A DNA stretch of 64,000 nt, taken from positions 96,001 to 160,000 of the forward strand of contig CAWEXU010000005.1 of the NCBI GenBank assembly GCA_963813075.1. The letters are read 5' to 3'. Source of the stretch: Methanotrichaceae archaeon (lineage in GTDB: Archaea > Halobacteriota > Methanosarcinia > Methanotrichales > Methanotrichaceae). The position numbers and the translations under genes were made by a program. Shown here one piece after another: positions 42,268 to 51,124 of this stretch (the first letter of the stretch is position 1; every line of letters begins with the position of its first letter). The notes beneath the pieces were generated by a model. The model searched no databases. It was not told where the DNA came from and saw only the letters and a list, made by a program, of their open reading frames with translations.

Positions 42268-43419
42268 ATGTATGCCGATCGGATAAAGAATCTCCCGCCG
42301 TACCTTTTTGCCGGCATCGATAAGGCGAAGCAGGAGGCAAGGGCAAGAGGAGTGGACGTAATCGATCTGAGCGTTGGCGATCCGGATCTGCCGACGCCCG
42401 ATCACATCGTTTTAGCTTTGAAGCAAGCGGCAAATGACCCATCGAACCATCAGTACCCGTCTTACGAGGGAAAGCTAGCCTTCCGGGCCGCCGTATCGGG
42501 CTGGTATAAGAAGACCTTTGATGTTGACCTGGACCCAAAGAATGAAGTGCTCACTCTGATCGGCTCCAAGGAGGGCATCGCCCATGCACCGCTGGCCTTC
42601 ATCAATCCCGGTGATGTGGCCCTGGTGCCCGACCCTGCCTACCCGGTTTACCGGACGGCCACCGCCTTTGCCGGCGGAGAGCCGGCCATCATGCCGCTTT
42701 TGAGGGAGAACGGCTTTTTGCCCGATCTTGAAGCCATCCCGGCAGATGTCGCCCGGCGGGCGAAGATCATGTTTCTCAACTATCCAAACAATCCCATCGG
42801 GGCGACGGCCAGCGAGAAGTTCTTCCGAGAGCTGGTCGACTATGCCCGGGATCATAATATCATCATAATGCACGACAATCCCTACTCGGAGGTCTACTAC
42901 GATGGCAATAGATCACTGAGCCTTCTGGAGATAGATGGGGCAAAGGAGGTTGCAGTGGAGTTTCATTCCCTCTCCAAGACCTATAACATGACCGGCTGGA
43001 GGATCGGATCGGTGGTGGGCAATGCCGATGTCGTGGCCGGAATTGGCAAGGTCAAGAGCAACATCGATTCGGGGACCTTTGGGGCAGTGCAGGATGCAGG
43101 GATCGTGGCCTTGAGCAGCCCAACGGAAGTGGTGGATGCCATTCGCCGGGTCTACCAGCAGCGTATAGAGATCCTGTACAAGGCCCTCAAGGATATCGGC
43201 CTGGAACTGGAGAAGCCCAGGGCCACGCTCTACCTCTGGGCCTGGGTGGGAGGAAGCTCCATCGATTATGCGGCAAAGCTGCTGGAGAGGACGGGAATCG
43301 TGGCCACTCCCGGAGTGGGATTCGGAAAGTACGGCGAGGGCTACATCCGCTTTTCCATCACCCGGGAGACGAAGAGGGTGGAAGAGGCAGCGAGGCGTCT
43401 GGAGAAGATGAGAGACTAG
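42268..43419 (+). CDS. dapL: LL-diaminopimelate aminotransferase
   Basis: LPPYLFA, GSKEGIAH, NYPNNP, FHSLSKTYNMTGWR, KSNIDSG. Confidence 0.88.
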   Translation: MYADRIKNLPPYLFAGIDKAKQEARARGVDVIDLSVGDPDLPTPDHIVLALKQAANDPSNHQYPSYEGKLAFRAAVSGWYKKTFDVDLDPKNEVLTLIGSKEGIAHAPLAFINPGDVALVPDPAYPVYRTATAFAGGEPAIMPLLRENGFLPDLEAIPADVARRAKIMFLNYPNNPIGATASEKFFRELVDYARDHNIIIMHDNPYSEVYYDGNRSLSLLEIDGAKEVAVEFHSLSKTYNMTGWRIGSVVGNADVVAGIGKVKSNIDSGTFGAVQDAGIVALSSPTEVVDAIRRVYQQRIEILYKALKDIGLELEKPRATLYLWAWVGGSSIDYAAKLLERTGIVATPGVGFGKYGEGYIRFSITRETKRVEEAARRLEKMRD

Positions 43420-43461
43420 ATCAGGCGGTTTTTTCCGCCGAAAAGTCTGGAGGGAACCAAA

Positions 43462-46314
43462 TTGCTTGAAAGTTATTCCGCAAAAGAAGTCGAGGCCAAG
43501 TGGCAGAAGACCTGGGAGGAGAAGAAGGTCTATGAGCCGGAGCCCGATGAGCGCCAGAAGTTTCTCTTGACCATACCCTATCCCTATTTGAATGGAAATC
43601 TGCATGCCGGCCACACCCGCACCTTCACCATAGGAGACGCATATGCCCGCTACAAGAGGATGAGGGGCTACAATGTCCTCTTCCCCATGGGCTTTCATGC
43701 CACGGGAACGCCCATCGTGGGTCTCTCAGAGCTCATCGCCAATAAGGATCCTCTCATCTGGGGGGTCTACACCCGGCTGCATGGCATTCCGGAGGAGGAG
43801 CTGGCCGGCCTGAATACGCCGGAGAAGATAGTGCTCTACTTCCGCCGCCAGGCCAAAGCGGCAATGCAGTCCATCGGCTACTCCATAGACTGGAGGCGGG
43901 AGTTCACCACCACCGATCCTGCTTACAGCAAGTTCATCGAGTGGCAGTACGGCATACTGCGCAATCTTGATTATGTGGTCAAGGGCAGCCATCCGGTGCG
44001 CTGGTGCCCGCATGACCGGAATCCGGTGGAGGACCACGACATCCTCAAGGGCGAGGATGCCACCATCATGGACTTCGCCCTGATCAAGTTCAGGATGGGA
44101 GATACCGTTCTGCCCTGTGCCACCCTGAGGCCGGAGACCGTATTCGGAGTGACCAACCTCTGGCTGAACCCGGATGTAACCTATGTCGTAGCCAGGGTGA
44201 ACGACGAGAGCTGGATCGTCTCCAAAGAGGCTTACGAGAAGCTGACCTATACCGACCGAACTGTGGCCTGGGGGGCGGAGATTCCCGGCAGTGAGCTTAT
44301 TGGCAAGAGGGTGACAAATCCCCTCACCGGAACGGAGGTTCTCGTTCTGCCCGCCGGGTTCGTGGACCCGGACAACGGCTCAGGGATTGTGATGTCCGTT
44401 CCTGCCCATGCCCCTTACGATTATCTGGCTCTGAAGGATCTTTATGACAAAGACCTGAGCCAGTATGGCATCAAGGAGGACCTGAGAAAAATCCAGTTCA
44501 TATCCCTGATCGAGTCGCCGGGCTACGGGGAGTTCCCGGCGGTGGAGGCAGTAAAGGAGCTGGGCGTCCGGGATCAGAACGACCCCAAAGCGGAGGATGC
44601 GACCAAGATGGTCTACCGCCGCGAGTTCCATAACGGAGTTTTAAAGCCCAACACCGGCCGCTACGCGGGCGTGGCGGTGAGCAAGATCAAGGACCTCCTG
44701 CTGGGGGATCTGATCGACCGGGGGATAGCCGAGATCTTCTATGAGTTCTCCCAGACCCCGGTGATCTGCCGCTGCGGCACCAGGTGTGTTATCATGATGG
44801 TGCGGGACCAGTGGTTCTTGGAGTACTCCAATCCCGCCTGGAAGGGCAGAGTTCTGTGGTGCCTGTCCAGGATGAACATAGTGCCGCCGGAGTTCCGGGT
44901 GGAGTTCGAGAACAAGATCGACTGGCTGAAGGACAAGGCCTGCGCCAGGCGGAAGGGTCTGGGAACTCACCTCCCCTGGGATAAGGAGTGGCTGATTGAG
45001 TCCCTGGGAGACTCGACCATTTACATGGCCTACTACATCCTGGCCAAGTATGTGAATGCGGGGATGAAGATCGACAACCTGCCCCCGGAGTTTTTCGAGT
45101 ACATCTTCATGGACAACGGAGATGCCGCAGCGGTAGCGAACCTGACCGGCCTGCCTTGTCAGACGGTGCAGCAGATTCACGACGACTTCGCCTACTGGTA
45201 TCCCGTAGACTTGAGGACATCGGGCAAGGATCTGGTGGCCAACCACCTGCTCTTCTTCCTCTACCATCATGTGGCCATATTCCCGGAGCAGCTCTGGCCC
45301 AAATCCATTGCTGTAAACGGTTTTGTCTCTCTGGAGGGGCAGAAGATGTCCAAGTCCAAGGGACCGCTCCTCACGCTTCGCCAGGCAGTGGCCGAGAACG
45401 GGGCAGATGTGACCAGACTATACATTCTGGGCAATGCCGAGGGGACGGCGGATGTGGACTGGAGAAATGATGGGGTTGAGGCCACCCATGCTCATCTGGA
45501 CCGGTTCTACCATCTGGCGCGGGAGATAATGGCCGATGGAAGCCTTGACGAGAATGCGGAAAAGACGCTCATCGACCGCTGGATGCTCTCCCGGCTGCAG
45601 AGGCGCATTGTCCAGGCCACCGAGGCCATGGAGGAGATTCAGACCCGCAGGGCACTGCAGAGTGCCTTTTACCTGCTGATGGGAGACCTGCGCTGGTATC
45701 AGCGCCGGGGAGGGAAAAACCAGCTCCGTGCAGTGCTGTCGGCCTGGGTGAGGATGATGTCGCCTTTCATCCCCCATATCTGCGAGGAGCTCTGGGCGAC
45801 AGGCCTTGGCCAGGGATATGCCTCTTTGGCCGAGTGGCCGGTGGCAGATGAGTCCCTGATCGACCTGAAGGCGGAGAAGGCGGAGGACCTCCTGGAGAGG
45901 ACGCTAAACGATGTGCAGGAGATCGTCAATGTCACCAAAGCCACTCCGGCCAAGATCACCCTTTACACCACTCCTCAGTGGAAGAAGGAGATGCTGCGCC
46001 TTGCCGTGGCCGCTGCAGCGGGAGGAAAGCTGGACATGGGAGCGCTGATGAAGGAGGCCATGGCCAATCCGGCGATAGCCGAGCACAAGAAGGATGCTCC
46101 CAAGTATGCCCAAAAGCTGGCCAAGGCGGCCCACTCGCTCTCGGCAGAGGCGCTGGGGCTGGACGAGTACGAGACCCTGACAAGAGAGAAGGAGTATCTG
46201 GCTGCAGCCCTGGGCGTGCCGGTGGAGATCTTTTCGGCTGAGGAGCCGGGAGCGGACCCCAAGGGCAAGAGCCGTCAAGCGGAGCCGGGGAGGCCGGCGA
46301 TATATATTGAGTGA
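43462..46314 (+). CDS. leuS: Leucine--tRNA ligase (archaeal)
   Basis: PYPYLNG.LHAGH, TLRPET, SGKDL..NHL, KMSKS, A.PG.PAI C-terminus. Confidence 0.97.
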   Translation: MLESYSAKEVEAKWQKTWEEKKVYEPEPDERQKFLLTIPYPYLNGNLHAGHTRTFTIGDAYARYKRMRGYNVLFPMGFHATGTPIVGLSELIANKDPLIWGVYTRLHGIPEEELAGLNTPEKIVLYFRRQAKAAMQSIGYSIDWRREFTTTDPAYSKFIEWQYGILRNLDYVVKGSHPVRWCPHDRNPVEDHDILKGEDATIMDFALIKFRMGDTVLPCATLRPETVFGVTNLWLNPDVTYVVARVNDESWIVSKEAYEKLTYTDRTVAWGAEIPGSELIGKRVTNPLTGTEVLVLPAGFVDPDNGSGIVMSVPAHAPYDYLALKDLYDKDLSQYGIKEDLRKIQFISLIESPGYGEFPAVEAVKELGVRDQNDPKAEDATKMVYRREFHNGVLKPNTGRYAGVAVSKIKDLLLGDLIDRGIAEIFYEFSQTPVICRCGTRCVIMMVRDQWFLEYSNPAWKGRVLWCLSRMNIVPPEFRVEFENKIDWLKDKACARRKGLGTHLPWDKEWLIESLGDSTIYMAYYILAKYVNAGMKIDNLPPEFFEYIFMDNGDAAAVANLTGLPCQTVQQIHDDFAYWYPVDLRTSGKDLVANHLLFFLYHHVAIFPEQLWPKSIAVNGFVSLEGQKMSKSKGPLLTLRQAVAENGADVTRLYILGNAEGTADVDWRNDGVEATHAHLDRFYHLAREIMADGSLDENAEKTLIDRWMLSRLQRRIVQATEAMEEIQTRRALQSAFYLLMGDLRWYQRRGGKNQLRAVLSAWVRMMSPFIPHICEELWATGLGQGYASLAEWPVADESLIDLKAEKAEDLLERTLNDVQEIVNVTKATPAKITLYTTPQWKKEMLRLAVAAAAGGKLDMGALMKEAMANPAIAEHKKDAPKYAQKLAKAAHSLSAEALGLDEYETLTREKEYLAAALGVPVEIFSAEEPGADPKGKSRQAEPGRPAIYIE

Positions 46315-46826
46315 AGCCTCCTGTTCTTTTTTCTCAACGGAGATATCAAAGGAGTCCGCTTATCCACCTTTTCAATTGGTCTGCAGCTTGGTCGCCGTCG
46401 CTCAGCCTGCCAGGGCCATAAGCCTCGCACCGACCATTACGCTGGAGGCCTGCAGGCCGACTCGCGGCAATCCGGAAGATTGCTGGGATCCTTTCCCAGC
46501 TTGCATCTACGAAGTCCAGTCTGCAGTTAAATGACATTATCATATCTTATTACTAAGAGCAAGAGATCTAACAACTTCTTCCGGGGTTCCGCGCGGTGTT
46601 ACGCGCTGGTGTAACGGGGGTCCACTCCAGGCCGTGGCGGCCCCCCTGACCCCGCGTCCGCGGGGAACAATCAATGAAGCTATGCCCTTTAGGTTTGGAC
46701 GTTTTTGAGAAGGTCCTGGGCAGAGTGCCTATTCGAACAGCCCACATCCCATTATTGATGGAGAACGAACTATATGGTTCTTCGCTGTTTTCCATGGGTA
46801 ATCCAGGGCCACCATCTCTCTCTCGT

Positions 46827-46898
46827 CTTTGTGCCTTTGTGCCTCTGTGGTGAAATCGTGATGCTTTGGCCTCACCACAAAGGAACAAAGGCACGAAG
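46827..46898. repeat. 27-bp imperfect inverted repeat with 18-nt spacer
   Basis: CTTTGTGCCTTTGTGCCTCTGTGGTGA / TCACCACAAAGGAACAAAGGCACGAAG, 24 of 27 complementary. Confidence 0.85.
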
Positions 46899-47034
46899 AA
46901 AAATTCTCTGCAATACATCACCCACACAATTTAGCGAAGAGCCAACTATATGCTCTGACATCATAGACTCGATTTACATGCGTAAGCACGCCCGTGTCCT
47001 TCAGAATTAATATTAGGGCCTTTGAAAGCAAGCA

Positions 47035-47118
47035 TGTCATGTGGTTGCAGCACTATGCAAAGATCGAGTGAAGATCGTCACAGTCTATTGGCCTGATGAC
47101 GAAACGAAGTGTGGTTGA
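47035..47118 (+). pseudogene. DUF4258-like toxin C-terminal remnant
   Basis: HVVAALCKDRVKIVTVYWPD directly upstream of a YgiT-type gene. Confidence 0.6.
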
Positions 47119-47134
47119 ATTCGAGAAAGAGGAG

Positions 47135-47413
47135 ATGCAAATGAGGTCTGTTGCCCACGATTGCTGCTGCGGAACAGGCAAGATGCATGAGGGCAGGCAT
47201 GATTTCATGGCCAGAGTAGAGGATGAGATCATTGTCATCAAGGATGTCCCGGCCCTGGTCTGCGATACCTGCGGCGAGATCGAATACACTCTGGAAGTAT
47301 CAAGAGAAATCGACCAGATGATGAAGGAATTCTTTGCTGGACGACTGCAAGGCCGGCCCCTGGCGGCGAAGGAGGTAGTATTCAAGCCACAGGGCACGGA
47401 TTCGATTGCGTGA
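47135..47413 (+). CDS. YgiT-type zinc-finger (MqsA-like antitoxin) protein
   Basis: IIVIKDVPALVCDTCGE. Confidence 0.8.
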   Translation: MQMRSVAHDCCCGTGKMHEGRHDFMARVEDEIIVIKDVPALVCDTCGEIEYTLEVSREIDQMMKEFFAGRLQGRPLAAKEVVFKPQGTDSIA

Positions 47414-47454
47414 GCGTCTTCTGCTTAACCAACTACGCACGAGCGAGCAGACCA

Positions 47455-47566
47455 GGCTGCGGCTGTGGGCGTGCTAGTTGAGGTCTGCTCGTGCGGACAA
47501 GGCTGGGGAGGACCCCAAGGGCAAGAGCAAGCAAGTGGAGCCGGGGAGGCCGGCTATCTCTATTGA
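47455..47566 (+). repeat. Diverged copy of the leuS 3' end
   Basis: 19-nt and 18-nt blocks identical to 46254-46272 and 46281-46298; reads DPKGKSKQVEPGRPAISIE. Confidence 0.85.
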
Positions 47567-47752
47567 AAATAATCCTGCAAACCCCGGTTAATCTTTAATC
47601 TGTTTTAAAATTTGGATTATAGACAACTCAATGTTGGATCCCGATATGACATTTGACCTCATTCTAATCATATCTAATAGCAACAATCTGAAGCCCGTTT
47701 GGCTCTTCAGGCTCGAAGCCTTAATCTATTCAAGAGACTAATTATATCTCAA

Positions 47753-48043
47753 ATGCATCTTAACGACCTCCTGAAATCAAGGCGCGATGAGATTCTCCGG
47801 ATCGCTGCCAAGCACGGTGCTCACAACGTACGTGTATTCGGCTCTGTGGCCCGAGGTGAAGCCGACTCTCAAAGTGATATAGATCTGCTTGTGGAATTCA
47901 GACGTGGTACGACTCTGCTGACGCATGCAGATCTAATTCATGAGCTGGAGGAGCTTCTGGGTGTCAAGGTCGATGTGGTGAGCGACCGCGGCTTGCGAGA
48001 GCGTGTCCGGGATCGCGTTCTGAACGAGGCGGTAGCGCTTTGA
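47753..48043 (+). CDS. Minimal nucleotidyltransferase (MNT) antitoxin
   Basis: VFGSVARGE...SDIDLLV, VDVV. Confidence 0.92.
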   Translation: MHLNDLLKSRRDEILRIAAKHGAHNVRVFGSVARGEADSQSDIDLLVEFRRGTTLLTHADLIHELEELLGVKVDVVSDRGLRERVRDRVLNEAVAL

Positions 48044-48096
48044 GAGACGATCTCGCATGGCTTTTGGATATCGAGGAGGCTTTGCTGAAAATTTAA
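48040..48096 (+). pseudogene. Truncated HEPN (DUF86) toxin
   Basis: MRDDLAWLLDIEEALLKI* overlapping the MNT stop. Confidence 0.7.
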
Positions 48097-48460
48097 TTGG
48101 AGACTATTGGATTATGCATCTTTTTCGCTAGCGATTTCCCTGCTGGCCACTCAGGCCTAACCAGTCTCTTTCTTCCTTGCCTGAGCCCCTACCAGGCAAT
48201 CCAGCCCGCCCTGACGACAACGCCGCATCCCCGGCCGGCCCAGACCATAAGCGGCCATGAGAGCAGACCGGGGCACTGGCAGCAATCCGCGGTCAATGGG
48301 CTGCCCGGCGCTGCCGTCAGCGGCCTGCAAGGATCGCAAAAGCTGGAGAACTGCTTTGGATCACAAAAGCCTGCCAGAACGGCCCTGACCCACGGGCTGC
48401 GGCCATGAGAGCAGACAGACTGAGGCGACAGAAGCCCGTGTTTCGACTGTCTTAGAAAGA

Positions 48461-48709
48461 CTAAGCCACCTGATATGTAACTCCTATTGCCCGAAACTCT
48501 CCCGTCTCCTGGCGTTCCAGCTTGGCTCTGATCTGTTCGAATCTCCTCACAACTTCCTCAGAATAAAGCCTCTCTCCGCAGCGAAGGCAAACCTCAGCGC
48601 AAACCTTCACAACGGCAGTATTGACGCCTCCCCGCAAGACCTTCTCAACTTCATTCTCTACCAGATCGCCACCGCAGACCGGGCATTTTTCAAAGGGCAT
48701 GCTACTCAT
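48461..48709 (-). CDS. YgiT-type zinc-finger protein
   Basis: CPVCGG...AEVCLRCGERLYS. Confidence 0.85.
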   Translation of the reverse strand: MSSMPFEKCPVCGGDLVENEVEKVLRGGVNTAVVKVCAEVCLRCGERLYSEEVVRRFEQIRAKLERQETGEFRAIGVTYQVA

Positions 48710-48812
48710 CTCGTCGAACTTCAGCCGGTCATCATTGGCTTCTTCATGAGGCATGATCGTTTATTCTGACATGATCTATTTGAATGGCTTCTACTATGTC
48801 GGCTATCTTCAC
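48710..48812 (-). pseudogene. DUF4258-like toxin N-terminal remnant
   Basis: MKIADIVEAIQ..HVRINDHA/EEANDDRLKFDE joined directly to the YgiT gene. Confidence 0.6.
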
Positions 48813-49140
48813 CCGGCCACTTCTAACCACAAATTAATAAATTCCTATTATGATTATTAAAGTTTATGTCAGCTAGGTTTGGGGTTCTACACTGCTCTTT
48901 CCGCATTACCGATATCACTGGGACCCGGGACTGCCTGAATGGCCGAGCCGGTATTGGCATCCATGCACTTATCCGCTGCAGCTTTGCATTTCTACCGCCT
49001 CAATCAATAGCCTGCACGGAGTGGGACGCCCACCCGCGAGAGCGCGCGTGCACGTGCACGGGGGCCCGCCCGGGCGGAAGGCCCGAGAGCGAGTGCAAAG
49101 ATGCGAAAGGCTTTATCTGATCGCCGAGGATATTATTGAG

Positions 49141-49388
49141 GTGTTCGCAGAATACATCCAGGCAGCAAGGGATCTGGCCACCTACGAGATCATCGATGAC
49201 CTTGAACCCTTTTATGGCCAAGCTTCAGGGCCTTTGGGCAACCGGCAAGACCCTGGAGGAATGCCCAAGGGAGCTCGCAAGAAGTCATCGAGGGCTGGAT
49301 TGCCTTGAAGCTGAGACTTGGCCATCCCATACCCGCCATCATCGGGCTTTCTATCAATGCATCAGCGGAGCTGTTGTCCATTGTCGAA
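49141..49388 (+). pseudogene. hicB: Frameshifted hicB copy
   Basis: Near-duplicate of 50399..50656 with indels; no hicA behind it. Confidence 0.8.
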
Positions 49389-49414
49389 AATGGCCGGGTA
49401 AATGGATTCTTGCC

Positions 49415-49630
49415 TTATATGCTCACTTCTAGGGAGGCCGCAGTTGTAGTCGGCTCGGGAATGGTTAGAGACTGAGCTTTTAGCCCTTCCAGATGAAACT
49501 CAATTGCCTCTTTCATCAGCTCTAAAGTCTCCTTTCTCGTTGCCCCAGTGGCTATGACGCCTGGCAAATCAGGACAATATGCAGCGTAATTGCTCTTGGC
49601 CTTTTCAATGATGATCAGATACTCGGTCAT
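49415..49630 (-). CDS. hicB: HicB-family antitoxin
   Basis: YAAYCPDLPGVIATGAT..E....KEAIEFHLEG. Confidence 0.9.
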   Translation of the reverse strand: MTEYLIIIEKAKSNYAAYCPDLPGVIATGATRKETLELMKEAIEFHLEGLKAQSLTIPEPTTTAASLEVSI

Positions 49631-49639
49631 CTTTCCCCC

Positions 49640-49720
49640 CTCTCCTTAAAGCGCTATGCTTTAATATGCTATTTATGGTGCCCTTGATCGATTTCCTTGA
49701 ATTCTACACAGGGTGACGAT
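49640..49720 (-). pseudogene. HicA C-terminal remnant
   Basis: KGTINSILKHSAL upstream of hicB. Confidence 0.5.
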
Positions 49721-49738
49721 GCCTAGCGCATGCCTGGC

Positions 49739-49987
49739 TTATAATCTTTCAAGCAACTCCATTAATGAATCCTTTGAAATCACATTGCGAATGGAAATAT
49801 CGGATAAAATATCGTTTAGGGTGCCCTTCGCAATCTCATCGTGCATCGGGACTGTGATATTATGGTCCCCTGCAGGGGTTTTCTTCCTCAGCCTGACGTG
49901 ACTTCCCCTTTGACGGATCGTTTCATACCCCAACTTCCCCAGCACACGGATAAGCTGTTCTCCGCTAACAACCGGAAGCTTTCGCAA
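49739..49987 (-). CDS. hicA: HicA-family toxin
   Basis: LPVVSG..LIRVL..LGY...RQRGSH, VPMH.EI.KGTL..IL. Confidence 0.9.
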   Translation of the reverse strand: MRKLPVVSGEQLIRVLGKLGYETIRQRGSHVRLRKKTPAGDHNITVPMHDEIAKGTLNDILSDISIRNVISKDSLMELLERL

Positions 49988-50189
49988 CAGGATGCACCTC
50001 GAACTCAGAAATTGATAGGACCCGGATCTCCTCGCCTGCCTCCAGGACATCTTCAAAATGCAGACTGATTGCCTCTTTTACATTGTCCATCAGCTCATCC
50101 AGGCTCTTGCCTTGGGTAAATATGCTGATGCCTATTCCACGAGCACACCAATTCTCTCCGTCAAAATACACTTCAAATTTCACAAGCAT
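49965..50189 (-). CDS. hicB: HicB-like antitoxin
   Basis: IFTQGKSLDELMDNVKEAISLHF; overlaps hicA. Confidence 0.8.
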   Translation of the reverse strand: MLVKFEVYFDGENWCARGIGISIFTQGKSLDELMDNVKEAISLHFEDVLEAGEEIRVLSISEFEVHPVAKASGC

Positions 50190-50398
50190 CAGATCACCGC
50201 TTTTTATAGTGATTATCCGCTTTATATTTCTAGATTCCCTCCGGGCATAGGTTAGCGCCCAAATGCGGACCAGCACAAATGTCAGTCGCCCACCCGCAAG
50301 CGCGCGTGCACGTGCACGGGGTCCGGACTGGCCCTCGGTCCAAGAGCAAATGAATAAGATGCGAAAGGCTTTATCTGATCGCTGAGGATATTATTGCG

Positions 50399-50656
50399 AT
50401 GTTCGCAGAATACATCCAGGCAGCAATGGACCAGGCCACCTACGAGATCATCGATGACCCTGAGCCCTTTTATGGCGAGGTTCCCGAGCTGCAAGGCGTA
50501 TGGGCCACTGGCAAAACCCTGGAAGAATGCCGCAGGGAGCTGCAAGAAGTCATCGAGGGCTGGATTGCCTTGAAGCTGAGATTTGGTCATCCCATACCCG
50601 TCATCGGCGGGCATTCGATCAATGCATCAGCGGAGCCGGTATCCATTGTCGAATAA
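50399..50656 (+). CDS. hicB: HicB-family antitoxin
   Basis: FYGEVPELQGVWATGKTLEECR.EL.EVIEGW. Confidence 0.9.
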   Translation: MFAEYIQAAMDQATYEIIDDPEPFYGEVPELQGVWATGKTLEECRRELQEVIEGWIALKLRFGHPIPVIGGHSINASAEPVSIVE

Positions 50657-50867
50657 GCTTTTGCCGGTCTCAAGAAGAGAGCTAATCCGGCGGTTGGGCA
50701 AATTGGGATTCGTGGGTCCTTTTCCTGGTGCTGGTCACGAGTATATGTCAAGGGGCCTTTTAGAGGTACACATTCCGAATCCTCATGGAAGCGATATCAG
50801 TACTGCTCTCCTACAAAAGATCCTGAAGAGAGCTGGAATAAGCAGAGAGGAATGGTTTGATAGCTGA
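50646..50867 (+). CDS. hicA: HicA-family toxin
   Basis: PVSRRELIRRL..LGF.GP..G..H, IPNPHG.DI...LL..IL..AGISREEW. Confidence 0.88.
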   Translation: MSNKLLPVSRRELIRRLGKLGFVGPFPGAGHEYMSRGLLEVHIPNPHGSDISTALLQKILKRAGISREEWFDS

Positions 50868-50896
50868 GCGCTTCTCAGATTCAAAAAGAGGATTGC

Positions 50897-51124
50897 ATGA
50901 GATGCGTAATCTGCAGGAAAGCAACTACAAAGCCAGGCACAACCACAATCACATTAGAGCGTGGCTGCCTGACCATGGTGGTGAAATGTGTGCCTGCTTT
51001 AGTCTGTCCCAATTGCGGTGAAGCATATCTCGATGAGGACGTCACTGCTAAATTATATACTCAAAGATGCACAAGAGCGAGCAAATGCTGGCGCTCAAGT
51101 TGAGATTCGACAGTACGTAGCGGC
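50897..51124 (+). pseudogene. YgiT/MqsA-type zinc-finger gene, frameshifted near 51056, with its last codon interrupted by an IS-like element
   Basis: CVIC..VPALVCPNCGE; alternative frame LKDAQERANAGAQVEIRQYVAA. Confidence 0.8.
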
